From Marsupella aquatica (taxonomy: Eukaryota > Plantae > Marchantiophyta): a DNA stretch of 64,000 bases. Below the pieces are notes generated by a model, which did not search any database, was not told where the DNA came from, and saw only the letters and a list, made by a program, of their open reading frames with translations. Position 1 is the first letter of the stretch. Each line of letters opens with the position of its first letter. The position numbers and the translations under genes are program-made. The stretch covers positions 19,059,048-19,123,047 of the forward strand of contig OZ316891.1 in assembly GCA_973895155.1 (NCBI GenBank). The letters are read 5' to 3'. This document shows positions 1 through 14,018 of the stretch, piece by piece.

Positions 1-160
1 ACCGGACAACTCAACGCCTTTCAGAAACTTTCCTCAGGAAGCGTTCGCTCCAACGCAAAGATACAACACTGACAAAACATGAAAAGGAATTTCTCCTCAT
101 AACGAGCTGTTCAGGGTAAATTGAGGTAAGGTGGGTTGACTAGCTGGTTGGTATGTATAC

Positions 161-448
161 CTCAACTTTCTGCTCTTCCCCAGTGGTCGAATCCAGACCA
201 GCACAAGCAACGATTGGGAGCCTTGTGCCCGAGTAGACTTTGACATTGGCGTCTCGCCGACATGACGGCACAAGACCATGTGCCGCTGTTCCACACTTGA
301 AACCCCCGGGCAATGAAAGCTTTGAGGGCGTTTTGCTCAACCTGGCGGCACTCTCCTGGCCCTTACCATTCCCAGCACTGAGTCTTACAGAACTTCTCAA
401 GATAACTCCAGCAGCAGGAGAAGAAGAAGCCAGCGCTACGGTTGCCAT
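161..448 (-). CDS. First coding exon of a probable plastid-targeted protein; gene continues beyond the left edge
   Basis: ATG at 448 opens MATVALASSSPAAGVILRSSVRLS..., Ser/Ala/Arg-rich and acid-poor like a transit peptide, with an IVACA cleavage-like motif; phase-0 donor GAG|GTATAC at 161/160. The mature domain is not visible. Confidence 0.6.
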
Positions 449-1265
449 GGCTCCGTCCCTCTATCCCCAGCACCCTGTGTGCGGTGGCCAACAGCTGCCT
501 CCAAGCTGCCCTTAAGCACTTCACAACTAGTCACTCTTACGGGACAAATCAGACCGAAATGCCGCGAGGATGGGTTCGTTGCCGGAACGAATCTCTCTTA
601 AACAAATTCACGGACCCAACTGTAAAGAGTGGGAATCAAACCTCCGACTCACTACCCAGTCACTGAATTGATTGGGTTCTGCTCCAATGGTCTCTCTCTC
701 GCAATCCTGACGTGAAACCTTCCTTCCGTGCTACTGGGCTTTCAGTGCAATCAAGCGTAGGAGCAGAACCTGCTCACACTCTGGGCCACAATGAAGTCCG
801 CGCCTCTCAATACAATTGGGAAGACTGGAGAGCTTCCGGTGGTGCAAGTGCAACAGGCAAACACAGAGCTCTACGTAGGTAGATATTTAGCAAGCGAGCT
901 CAGACGGGGAGAGTGAATTCTTCGGGAGCTCAGCCCAGCAATCACTCTACCATCTCCAATACGTCAAAACAGGGCCCTTTCCAGTCCGGCCGAAACCCAA
1001 GTCAGTCTGCCAAACTCAATATTTACTCAATAATGCATGAACTTCTTTCGTTCATAGCCACTCCCCTCCCAAGCACAATAGTCGAAGTTGAACTTCTCCA
1101 CTTACCTCAACCTTGGCATGTCACGAGGTACACTGCTCTGGTTCCTTCTACTCAGCATTGTTCGAAGAGTCTGCCACTATACTTTTCTAAAACTTTCCCC
1201 AATCTCATTTTCCTTGTGGTGGGTTTTGATGGGACACTGCTCACTCAAGGGCTCGAGGCTTGGCA

Positions 1266-1268
<3 letters not shown>

Positions 1269-1298
<30 letters not shown>
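1269..1298. repeat. (AG)n microsatellite
   Basis: About 15 uninterrupted AG units. Confidence 0.95.
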
Positions 1299-1301
<3 letters not shown>

Positions 1302-4300
1302 TGCGGGTCCAAGCCAAACTCCTCAGTTTGACTGTGCCATTGGAAGAGGATGGGGATTGCCCACAACCCACTCGTTTATGCTCACCCTAAAAGATGCTCT
1401 CTAACACACCTCACTTTTATGCCTGTCATTTATGCTTACACCCTAAATTCCTCTAACAATGTCAAATTCAATAAAACCCAAGCAAGGAGTCAACTTCGAA
1501 TGTAGCTCCCAAACAAGGAGTCAAAAATTCGAATATAGTGCCCCATGGCCCATTAGGATATACTGCCCATATAATGCCAAAACAACGAGTCAAAATTTCA
1601 AATGTAGTGTCGTGTAGTGCCCATTCCCAATTATTCAAATATAGAGCCAACGCACTGTGTTCAGGGGTAGACTCAGGTTCAGTATAGGACGCTTCGCATA
1701 GCGAGTGGTTCTTTAGAAGGATTTGTGGAAATATCCATGGTAGTGGGAGTCCAACCCGGCTGGATAACAAGAGTGGTTAATTTCGAGTACTGGTGAGAAC
1801 AGCTTTTTCTCTGGAGTAGGTTTTGTGCATTATGTTTGATAGTTAACTACATCTCATCTTCTCTTCAGAAAAGCTGCGAAAAGCTGCGAGGGTTGGCCTT
1901 TGATAGCAGATTACAGTTTTGTAACCAATTTTCCTATGCTTCTGTCAGGAATGGTATCTATGCTTTGTGTGGTGCGTGTCAGCAGAGCCAAGGAAGACAT
2001 GTAGCTTTGTGAGATTTGAGCATCATTTGAGTATGTTCGTCGCGAAATTTTTTGGAGACATTTTCCAACTGTGGTGTATTAATTTGCCTGGGCGGCTGCA
2101 CGCATCCTTACAGTTGCAGTTGCAGCCAAACAGAGTCGGGGATTACAGTGACACCTAGCTTGATGGTAAATTTCTCTTCATGAACAAATGGAGTTGATAA
2201 TGAACATGAGAAGCTTCAATTCTCGTTGCTACTTAATTTCAGTTGCAGACCAGCATTCAGTTTAATTGGCAATGCGGTTGTACATTAAGAGCTCACTGTA
2301 GATGGCCCTAATCCACACCTAGCGCATTATCACCCTTAGTCCACGTTTCACTGTACATGCCCTGGTTTAACGATATTGTGCATTACTGCAAATGCATTAA
2401 TTAGCATATCAAAGAACACATACAGAATTCTAGAACCATCCACACTTTACAGGCCTGACAATGCCTCCAACTGACTTCAGGAAAGCTACATATTCTTAAC
2501 TTGTTGAACTAATGGAGTTACCAAATATCGTCACATAATGTCCATGAGTAAAGCGAAGCCCCTTGGTTTTCAAGTTGAGGTTAAATTCAACCTACCATAC
2601 CAAATTTCAGGCCTCGACAAACATCTCACTGCTCAAAATCGCTCCAAGGCATTTGACTTGTCAAAACCAATGGATTTCCCTGTTCAGATAATCATGCTGA
2701 CTAATTCAGATCGCATAATTATAAGCAAAGTGAAACCCATTAGCTCTGGCAAGCTAAACAGCTGGAGAAGTAAGATCTGACCCACCAAATCATAATGTTA
2801 AGAGTGCGCTTTTGATTATGATCGGCCAAAGACCACCATTGAAGTAGGACAGTCTCATCACTGTGCATCTAATGCCGAGAGTGGGGACTGCCAGCCGAGA
2901 CGAACAATCGAAGACACTCTTAGCCTAAACAGAAGCGAAAGGAAGAATTACGTAATATAACTCCAATATAATGTGAGCGAGTGCTCGATGTACTGCAACA
3001 AGTTTCAGACCCAGAGCGGTTTCCAACCAAACATCAGCAGACAACCGGATAAGTCCACCAAGATATTGAGCAATGGTTCTACATACCACGATATTGCTTC
3101 TCTGCTGCACGACAAAGCAACCGAGGGAAAAACGAGAAGGACGTAAGGATCACTCTCATTTAGGATGAAAGAGCAGAGAAACGGTACACACTCGAGATTG
3201 TGCCACCCATCCTGAAGGGAAAAACGAAAGCTAAAGATCTGGCCACACAACCTGAATTATGAATGAGAGAACAGAGAGCGAGAACAAGGTAAAGGTCAGT
3301 AAGGACTTCAGCGATCCTTCAGGTGTTTTTCGTTGTGTGGCCAGATCTCCGGACTCAACCACAACGGCGAATTCAACCCAAACCATTAAACATAGAAAGG
3401 CTGCGAACAGACAGTGCGAGACGGCGTGAGAATGGTGTTCTCAACACAGCGAATTAAACCCAAACAACAACTAAACCTAAGAAAGCTACGCACTGGAAGA
3501 AAGTGAGAGACGGCGAGAGAATGGTGTTACCACGTCAGACTGTAGGGTATGGAGTCAGGCATATGGGATGCCTGTTGGGTCCAAGAGTCATCAACCGCGG
3601 ATAGTGTATACCATATATGATGCAGTCTCTGGGTTTATTCAAAGACAGCATTCTCCGCTTCCGCGCCCGAAACTTATACTCTCAGGGGATAACCCTCAAA
3701 AGCCTGTGTGCTTTGCTGATGGGTTTAATCACTCAGGCCTGTAGAAAGGAGCACAGGAGGGAGCTCGTTCACGATGGAAGCAACAATACTTTTTCTTTCT
3801 TTTGGGGGGGGGAGTGAGGTTGGGGGGAGTTCAAACTCATCTTGACCCCGTCTTGTCTATTTTCCTTTTTTAGTTTCTGGAAAGGTCCCCAGCAGTAACC
3901 CCCTAGCCAGCAGTTTGAAATCTTGTAATCCCCTGACGGCATATCCAAGTTGTGAAATTTCAGAAATTTATGTGTAAAAGAGTGGCAGGGGCTCTGTATG
4001 CTCCTGTGCAGTACATGACCCCCTCCGGACCATGGGTTACCCTACACGAATACCCTTCGCTGGCCTGGCCGGGCGATATGAAATCTTGTAATCCCCAGCT
4101 ACCTTATCTAAGTCTCAAAATTTCAGAATGTTATGTGGAAAAAGAGTGGCATGGGGCAGGACTTTAACTAGCTATGCTCATCACCCTTGGACATTGCAAC
4201 CATGACCTCCTCCGGTCCATGGGTTACCCTACACTTAACCCTCCCTTGAATTCAACCTCTGTATTTTCTTGGAGGGTTATGAGCTGACAGATAGAACTGA

Positions 4301-6140
4301 CCTCAAAATGTTGGCCAGAGGATAATGAAGTTCTGCAGTGAAATGGATGAGCAAAAAAGTAGCCCTAACAACTAAGTGGATGCACAGGAGAGGCTCCATA
4401 TAACCAGACTCCCACCTCCATCCCTACTCATAAGCATATTCTAAATAACAAACATTCTATTACCAGAAAGTATAGTGTCTCGCTTCACTTTATTGAATTG
4501 GTCATGAACAATAGACTTTGATTGCAAATTATAGTATAGACTTGTTCAGAAACACAAGGCTGGTAACCAATTGTCAATCCGGGAACATGTGTTGTGACCC
4601 CACCAGGAGATGGGAACCCCACACTTTACCTACTAAAGCTAAATTCTAGGAAGCTTTGCAGGGTGTGGGCCACAAGGTTTTTTGCTGGGAGGGGGGGAAG
4701 GGAAGGCAGGTGACTGATCTTTAGTATTCTTGAGTATTTAACTCTAACATGTTATTGTCTTGGTTATGATATCCCTGTTGATGAACAAAAAGCTTCATAC
4801 CGGGCAACAAGATCCCAATGGCAACAACAGCAATAAGGGACATGGGGTTGGGCAGCGGGCGGGGGGCGGAGGGCGGAGGGCAGAACAGCCAGTGAACACC
4901 AAGGAGCAAAAGAGCCCCCAAGTCCCCAAAATGGCAAACGAACTAAAGCCCTACCGGGCCACAAATTGAAATGCATGGTAGAGCTCCAGAGAAGGGAGAA
5001 ACCCAATGTGGGGGAGAGTCAACCAATCTTTCCCTCCAGACAATATTATAGTCGTTCGGACCCTATTAGCACTACTGGTCATAGAGAAGAATAGGTAGCT
5101 TTGTAAGAAGAACCTGACTTTTCATGTTGAGGCAAGGCAAACAAACAAAAATTGAATCCCATAACTAGAAAAAAATTAGAAAATTGTAAAGTAACATTCA
5201 AATAAACAAAGAAAGGCATGAAAGGGGTAGCAAAATTGACCTTTGGAGGGGTTGAGATTGATATATCAATGTTTACTGATAAATTGTTTGGATTTTCTAT
5301 TTGATTGGCATCTTTTACAACAACCATTGGTAGTAATAAACTCCCTTCAGCTATTCTAACATTTACTTAGGGAACATAAGAAACCCTTTTGCTACTATGG
5401 ACAAAGGAGTAAAACCAAAACATGAAAACCCTTCAACTCCAGTGGACAGAGAGTAACAAGGGAACATAAGATGCCATAAGAACATATAGCATGTATTGTA
5501 TGGACATAGCGTTACATAATATACAAGGGAATATTCTACATCGACTGTCATCGTGAATAATCAGATTCATTCATTAGGGCACAGGTCAATGCAGATCCCC
5601 TACAACCAATGGCCCATAAGTCTGGACACAAGGTGCTTGATGGGTGCAAGTGATGTCGGGTAACTTTTCTTTCAGCCCTGCTTTGAGATGCCATCATAGC
5701 CTCAAAAGACTTATGGGATGTAATCCCTCCACCCCAAGGGGGTTAATAGGGAGTGTCAAAATACTCCCAAAACTAAAGTGTTACAATTTTTATTTTCTGG
5801 ATATACCATCTTTATGTGGTATATATTTTGGTAGCTCATAGCAATTCTGTCCTTGCCTTAATAACATTTTATGTCCTGACAGGCCCTAACAGGAAGTAAT
5901 TCCATATGGCAATGAGATCAGCCATGGCCAACCAGTGGCCCTGTATTAAAAAACAGGCTCGTTTTTCTTTCTCTTTGGGGGGGGGAAGAGCCGAAGGCCA
6001 AAACAGAGCTCTTTTTTGACTGAGTTTGGGCTGAAATCACATTCAATTCCCCTTCAGGCAGGCTGGTGAGGAGGCCAAAAAGTCAGAACCCTAGCACGGA
6101 CGCCAAAACCTCATATTAACCCTAAGAGGCTGGCTGGGCC

Positions 6141-6280
6141 ATGGCTCGTAACCATCTAGAGATCTTTACAAATACAGAGGAGGATGTAAGCGTGGCTCAG
6201 AACCATCTCTATACAAACACACAGGATGCTAGCGTGGCTCACAGCCATCTCTCTACAAACACACGGGATGCTAGCGCCGA
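6141..6280. repeat. Degenerate tandem repeat, about 40-bp unit, about 3 copies
   Basis: Recurring (ATGCTAGC)GTGGCTC..CCATCTCT.TACAAACAC motif. Confidence 0.7.
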
Positions 6281-7694
6281 CCAGATCGATCATCGTATCC
6301 TTTATAGAAATTTGCGTTGCTAGCCAACGGAGTCATCTCAAAACGATGCCAAGTAGTGTGGCTGCTGTTCGGTGGGTTTGTGTACTTCTCAAAATACAAC
6401 CCCACATAATGTTTGGCAGCAGCAGCTACAAAGTGGCTCTGTTAAACGGGACAGGCATTCAGGATCATTTCTGTACGTATGCAAAGGACAACAATTTATT
6501 GGTTTAATCGAAGGTGTGTGACAGGTCGAGAATCTTTGGAAATTATTCTTTCAACACGTGACACGAGAGAGAGACAGGAAGGAACAAAGGTCCTCCATTC
6601 AAGTCAAGGACTTGCATTCCGGTCTCCATGATGAGAAATAAACACATAGATGTCCCGGACAAATGCTCTAATTCTACTAGCTGCAACGAACATTTTCTCT
6701 CGAAGCCCTAGCTCACTATTTCCGTTCGCGGTCCAGCCTATCGACCTCACGTAGGACAGGTGAGAGTCCTTGCCTCGAAAGGAAGTGCTCAAGCCTTCAA
6801 AATAGGCGTGATCCCAAGATTATGGCAGAAAGAATGACTCTATGCCAGAGAGAATGACTCGACAAAAGATTTGACACTGTCAATCCCGGGGAACATAATT
6901 ATCTCAAGAGGGGAGAAGCCATCACTTTAGCGGCCAGCACAAAGCTTCCCACAAATCTACACATAATGCGCCTGTTGAAGTTGAAACCACTCCTCCAAGT
7001 ATCCTATTTCGTTTGCAGATGCACAGAAGTTTAGATTAGCCTCCAGCCTCTCGCTGGTAGCCAGAATGATCTTACCCCTGCACCTTAGTAACAGTTCGGG
7101 AGACAACCAACACATAACACCCCGGAGAAATTTGCCTGGGTCGAGTAGTCACAGCAAATCCAGATCCGTGTGTCTACTTAATAACATGGATTCGTGCTCC
7201 TGTGCAGATCTCCGACGTGTCTGCAACTCACCTATGTCAAGTTCATGGCGAGATCTGAACGTTGCTCGAAGCTGCCCCATAGACGTCAAATGCTCTTGAT
7301 TCCCTACGATTCCGTAACTCGCGTTCACTCAAATGGCTTCTGACGGCCCCTACCGGATTACAACTATATCTTGATGAAGAAAAGATCTCTGGCGTCAAGA
7401 GAAATTAGGTCCACATATAACTCATGACATTCAAGTGTAGACCAATTTTACTGTACACTGCTAATGAGCACAGAGCACATGTCTTTTTAAGACGATTACC
7501 TCGGGGCACTCGCAGATTCAAATTCACGTGAGGAGATGATTGTTGGTCTATGAAAATCTAGAGTAAGAACTCTAGAGCTTCAACTGGAGTCGTGCAGTCT
7601 TCTCTAGCCAGCACAAATTCTCCTCTCGCCATAAGGTGTATCCTCTAACTGACTGCACTCCCACCACAAAATTACCTAAGTGCCTAGAGGCCTC

Positions 7695-10600
7695 TTAAGA
7701 GGTCTGCATTGCTTCCGAGTGGTAACTCTCCAACTCTGCGTCAAGATCCTCCGCTGATTTCTCAACCGCTGTGGCCTTCGGCGCACGGCCGGCTCCTCGT
7801 CCTCTTCCTCGACCACGATAACTTGCTCCTCCTCGCCTTCCTCCATTGTTACCTCTACCCCGATTGACGGCACTGTCAAATCACAAGATCCGCCAATCAG
7901 ATACTTCTCATGAAATTTCTCAGGCAATACACGACCATCGACAACGAAAAACCCAGTTGTGATCCATTAAAATGCTGATGCGACTGGATAATTCCCTTGA
8001 CACTAAGATTAGCTGCAGATTAACCCAACAAAACAGAACAAGTCATTCTCGCCACCAGCCATCCTACCTAGAAACTGGCTTCCCCTCCAGAGAGGCTGCC
8101 GCGGCAGCTCGTGCAAACCCAGGGCTGCAAATTCCAGAGGCAGTGATATTAAAAAAAACTACCCCTTCTACACTAATTCAACTGATCGAACGTGGATCAG
8201 GCCATAACTGTCACAGTTGATAGGCCCTTGGAATAAGAGGATCAGCAGGCACATACTGCATGGCAATAGACCCTACCGGTAACAAACAGAACCTACAAAG
8301 CCCAGCCAAATGTCGCCTTTCAAAGCACTGGACCAGCTACAGAAACAACCGGTATGACAGGACATATGCACCCACTAATTGACTTGGAGGGCGTGAAAGG
8401 AACAAATATCATATGCCATCAGGCCCCAGAAAACAACATCATTGTCCAAATGCTTTCCGTAGTGAAAACAAACATGCGATGTCAAGAACTCAACTAGAGT
8501 CACCCGGCGAACAAGTATCCCTCGAAGTTTGTTCTGGGGGCCATCTTTAGACTGGAAAGACAAGGCTAAGCAGAGCTCTCACTGTTGATTGGAGCAAACT
8601 TGGTGGACTTTTCTCATCTAAATACATCTACATGGAGAAGAAGGTATGACTTACTCCGTTCCTAGGACACGAAGGTAGGAAGAGAGATCTGAGCTGTGAG
8701 CAAAGCGGCAGTTGAGACTCTCAACAAGGTGGCTGAAGGAACTTGACTCGTCTTAAAAAAGCAGACCGTCCTTGGAATTCAAAGCTGATTTGATGAAGGC
8801 GACAGTGGAGCTCTTATTCAAAGCAACTACCACAGGGAAGCCGTCCAACAATACCGACAAAATAAGACCCAGAGAGCATAAAAATTACTCAGCGAAGTGG
8901 GGCAGAACCTGGAAGGGGATTAAGACCTCTGAATGATAGAATCAAATTTTGATTTGGAGGACAAAGTCACGTTGCGTAAAAAGTTCCAAGTCCTTCCTAA
9001 AATTCCCGGACAAAGGCTTATTTGCAGATGAATTGCTAATTGCATCTACTAAAGTCAAATATAGAGGACACCATATGTATTCAACTCCCAACCAGACAAG
9101 GGACGTAGACAAGTGAGCTGCAGGACAAACAACCGAAGTTTTTTGGAGGACTTACGTCATAACCACCGTCCTTCCCCTTCCAGCAGTCAGAGCTCCATTG
9201 CCTGCGCGCTGTGGTGCAGGTCCACCAGTTTGCAAATTGGTCCCAACCAGGGCAATATTCATTGGTTTCCCATCGAGCTGTACATTGTTGTACCTCTTCA
9301 AAGCAGCGATCCCATCTGCCTTTCTTGAGAAAACAACCTCCGCTGTGCCCTGCCAATCACTAAAAGCATAAGTCCGGCATGAAACGCATAGTCAACCCAT
9401 TAAAGCCTTCAGGAACATATTAGCTTAGGTGCAGAGGTCGGAACGACCTGCCCGCGATGATGAGATTTACCTTAGAGCGACCGCTTCGGTCATAATGAAT
9501 GGAGCAACGCTTCAGGTCTCCAACTTCTGAAAAGAGCTCCTGGAAAAACGAAGGCAACAGATTTCCACACAATAAACAGAAGAGGTTTGGAAACACTAGC
9601 CTAGCGAGGCAACGACAGCAGATGTGGCGTGATTACTCCTGCCTCGCTTGCAAGGTCTTCCTCAAGCACGATCGAGCAAGACCATGGGAAGCTAGACTTT
9701 TCACATCTATAGTTTCGCACCCTAAATTCGCCATTTCTTCAACTTGATCTACAGCGCTCGCGACAGCTAAAGAAGGTAAAAGTGAATAAACAAGGCATAC
9801 CTTGATGTCATCGTTTGACACTCCATAATCCAAATTGGAGATGTAAAGCTTGGTTCCTGTCTCGATTCCGGAGGCTCGGCCCCCTGAAGCAACCACACCA
9901 CCTGTACCAGCCTCAAACAAATCATGCTGCCAGGTAGTATCGGGAGCCCGGCGAATGGACTGTTCCGAGAGTCGGCAGCGTGAACAGCACATGCGTTATC
10001 AGCAAGAGACAAATATCCAGAAATGAAGGACACACGCGACGCTCAGCAAAGGACAGCAAACACACTACAGAGTGGTAGTAGTAGTAGCCAGAGTTTTTCT
10101 AACTAAACATGGACTGAGGAGGAAGGTACTGCAAGTAACCACTACTCAACGATGATGATGCAGAGGGAGATAGATGATGCCACATCCTGGGAACTGTAGA
10201 TGTGGATACCTCCTCCCAGGATGTGTCTGTTCTGTGTCAGGTGGTACTGTAAAATCAGCCATACGAAAGAGCGCATTTCGCCACCTCCTTCTCATGAGAA
10301 GCAGGCTGGGAGCGGAGCGGTGCAGCCGATGCACTAAACTGAACTGAACGTCAAAAAGGAGAAGAGCAGAGCCGCGACAGCAGCACCAGTTCTCCACATC
10401 ATAGCCCTTCATTTCCATCCAATTTGAGCACAAAAGCAAACCCACCGCTCCCGACCGAACACGGTACTGTACACCCTTTTTACGTCTTTATGTCTTCAGA
10501 AGAGAAGCGAAGCACCGAACGTCCACACATGAAGAATAAAGGTTTACAAAAGGGATGATGTATGCGCGAACTCTCTCTCTGCATATGAGACGGTATAGCG

Positions 10601-10997
10601 TGCCCGCCGTAGAGAACACGACCATACCATGACCATGTGCTACTTCACTGTCGTTCACTGTACTGTACGAATGTGAAAAGCTCTACACACTGTCTGTCAC
10701 GGAGGCATTGCCAATACGGTAGAGGGGGATAATGATACATGGAGGTGGGGGATGGGATGGATGCCGCTTGCTTGCCTTTGCTGTGGCGTAAGGATTAGGT
10801 CGAACATTAGAGCGATTTGTTTGTCTGCGAGCCGCACCACCTGTCTTGGCGCCACCTCCGTAACCACCTGCAGTAGCAGCAACAGTAGTACTGGCCCCTC
10901 TCTTCGCCGCTTTTCCTCCTTTGCCTCCTCTTCCACCGCCGACTTGCTTGTTATTTTTGATCAAGTCATCGAGAGACATATCTAGCGCACTAGTCAT
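7695..10997 (-). CDS. ALY: ALY/REF (THO complex subunit 4) mRNA export adaptor, about 292 aa; exons 10997-10776, 9959-9801, 9539-9471, 9349-9156, 8124-8068, 7872-7695
   Basis: N-terminal box [14 protein letters not shown]; [11 protein letters not shown]; [20 protein letters not shown]|[23 protein letters not shown]|GTAEVVF...[15 protein letters not shown]; RG-rich region; C-terminal [21 protein letters not shown]. Splice phases are mutually consistent (879 nt total). The 57-nt exon 8124-8068 is frame-symmetric and is the least certain. Confidence 0.95.
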
Positions 10998-11034
10998 TTT
11001 GCCCCTTCGCCAATCCTCTTCGACGAAGCAATCC

Positions 11035-11042
11035 AAACCCTA
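11035..11042. promoter_or_regulatory. Telo-box (AAACCCTA) about 40 bp upstream of the ALY start codon
   Basis: Exact AAACCCTA; telo-boxes are common near plant RNA-processing and translation genes. A short motif, so chance occurrence is possible. Confidence 0.45.
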
Positions 11043-12262
11043 GTTCCGACAGCCAAGAAGAAAGTACAACCGAAATCGCAAACACACGCACTCCTTCGAA
11101 CCCGGACGCGTGGTCTCTTCTCTTGCGTTAACGGTCGAAACCTAAAAGAAAACCCTTCAGAATATCAGATCATCATCGTCGTGAGGCACGTATAGCAGCA
11201 CACCGTGGAAGGTAAAGAGCAGACACAGAACCCCAACGAAAATCTTGCAGTAGCACATCAAAGTTCACTTTCGTATACAGCCAGCCAAGCCACTCTTGGA
11301 AGGAACTGCAGAAACGCCACTACCAGCACACCATCGGTTGTGAATACTGTAGGCACACACTTGCTTGCCAGTCCGCGCTAGTACCGTAGCTAGAGAAACA
11401 ACGCAGCAAAAAATAGGCAATGCAACAGCAGCAGCAGACGAGCAGGGCACTTCTAGAGTAAGAGTTCAGCAATGTTAGAAGAAGAGGACAGCACTTTCTC
11501 CCACAAAAATAGGCTCCAGACACCGCTCTCGCATAAATAACAGCACAGCGTCAAACCTCAACCACCACCCAAACAGGACGAAGAGTAAACAAACACCTGT
11601 TCGAAGGAAGCCCTAACGCAGTCGAACCGAGTCGTCTCGTATCGTGTCCTGTCGAGTCGAGCCAGTCGATCGAGGAGGATAACAACCGATGAGGAAACCA
11701 ATTACACGAATACAAGTGACCGGCACAGAAACAGAGCGAGCGCGCGAGCGAGAGCAGTGCCGGACTCGAGAAAACGGGAAAAGGGGAGAGGTGGGGAGGG
11801 CCGGAATGGACCGCACCGCACCTCAAGAAAAGAAAAGATGTCAAGTACTAGACGAAGGGAGTGTTGAAACAGCAGCACCAGAAGTAGAAACAGAGAGGGT
11901 AGAGATCTGCTCGCGACGCTCCACAAAATTTGTGCGGCACGAGCTCGTATGGTAGAGAAGGTCGACGAAGGAACGGTCGAAAGAAAGGGAGAGGAGAGGA
12001 GAGAGGGCACGAGAGGGACGAGAGGCAGCAGACTGGCGAAGGACGGAGGCAGAGAGAGGGGGAGAGACAGGGGAGGAGAGTGGAGACGCTGCCTGTCGGT
12101 TTGAATCAAGGCGACGACGTGACGAGGAGGTGCGAAAGAGAGGGAGAACGGCGGGACCGTCCAGGAGGGGAGGGAACTAGGGAAGGGATGTCGCTCACTC
12201 AATTCATGTACGGAATGAATACATGTGTACAATCATTCATTTTTGGAAGTACCTACTGTTTC

Positions 12263-12555
12263 CACAATATCTTGCCCTAAAATAACATTTTCTCAAAATA
12301 ACTTTCTCACCAGAGCCATTACTATAATGGAGGTTTGGGTAGCGTTCCTAGCCTGAACACAATATCTTGCCCTAAAATAACTTTTTCTCAAAATAACTTT
12401 CTCACCAGAGCCATTACTATAATGGAGGTTTGGGTAGAGTTCCTAGCCTACTCCAAGAAAGCCCAAATAGTTTCTCTCCCACTAGAGCCATTAGTGTTAT
12501 GGAGGTTTGGGTAGAGTTCCTAGCCTAAACCCTGCTCCAAGAAAGCCCAAAATAA
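12263..12555. repeat. Tandem repeat, about 95-bp unit, two near-identical copies plus a partial third
   Basis: CACAATATCTTGCCCTAAAATAAC...GGAGGTTTGGGTAG.GTTCCTAGCCT repeated. Confidence 0.85.
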
Positions 12556-14018
12556 TTTCTTCTTGACTAATGCCTTAGCAAACTGAGGGCCCCTTCTTTT
12601 TGTCAAGATTAAAAAACTCCAAACCAAAAATCTATCAAATTAAAGCTGAATAATGCAAATACATCGAATGAAGGAGCCAAAGTCTGGAAATGTTTGGACC
12701 ACATGTGGACCTGATCTTAAGATCTAGACAGATTAAGCACTCCACATCATGAACTATGTGGGTCCAATGCTTGCCATGTAGGGTCAGTACACACCATACC
12801 TAAATGGACGCCTAGTACTTGTAAAGCCAACCACAGCCATTACCAATCATTATACCTTCCAGATTTATATTAAGAGGGAACAAAAAGAAGCAACAGGGAC
12901 CTATGTCTTGGGCAGGCATCCTGGATACCAGGTACAGGATCAAAGAGGTCATGGCTCACAAGCAAATTCACTAAGTTTTCTTGTCTCCCTCCTTCAGTTG
13001 GCGAGGCAATCTTTTTCCTACTCTCCTCCTCAACTACCATTTGAAGTCCTTCAGCCTTGCTGATGCTATATACTCTATACCATCCCAGCTCCTTGTTTTT
13101 GTTTTACATTCTCAAAAATCAGGTCATAATATTGTGGACAAAAGTAACCTGCATTGAGATGCAAGTTCCAATTTTAAGATCCCACCACAATTGACTTCAC
13201 TTAATTCAATCAATCATAAGGGCGCACCAACAACATTCAATACAAACCCCAAAATGCAAATGATACGTTCGAGTTAATAAGTTAGGGAAGCTTCACAGAC
13301 AAAATTTGAAGATGATGCTAGGATGGACCGAGCACCTGAACCTCAAGTCCATGACTTTACACACTTGACAATAAAGAGAAAGGCCCAAATGAGTGTTCCT
13401 GCCTCATACACTTAGATTCTTGATGTAGTTTAACTGACATTTAGAATTCCATCAGGCCTTCAAGGAGACAGGCTTTGTATTAATTTTGTTAGTGAAAGAG
13501 AGGGGAAACAAGGGGTCAAAACTATACTCTATGAGATTTTGTATATTTCTGAACTCTGAAACAACAAACAAGTGACGGTCCCTTCTTATTCCATTGTTCA
13601 TTAGTCTCAATGCTAGGCTCGGTTGATCTGAGTAAAACCAATCAGACCATATGGGAGAAATTTGTATTAACATAGTAGCCTAAGTGAGGAATGGACAACG
13701 TCAAAAATGGTCAGGGACAATGTGTCCATGCAGAGCTAGTTAATGTACAAGTGTCTTTCTTTATCTGTCTAGAAGTAAGGAGCAGTTCATCCTGAACTTG
13801 TGGATTGATGAACTCACAATATGTCAAATGTTGAGGTGAAATGTGTCCCTACTGAGCGAATTAATTCTTCTTCTTCTTTCTAAAAGGGAAATCTATGAAA
13901 CCCCACAAAATGGAAGAGTTAGCCACAATAGTTGAACCCAAGACCTATCAGTCTCTACACAAGTGAGCTACCACAAAGTCATGCCTCTCTAGGCTAAAGT
14001 ACTTAATTATTGACGGAT

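Noticed and set aside
13200-13900. Possible LINE fragments here and at about 5080-5950 and 26000-27400; protein-like frame across the copia site at 52960-59450
   Set aside because: No diagnostic motif recognised by eye; a translated search is needed.
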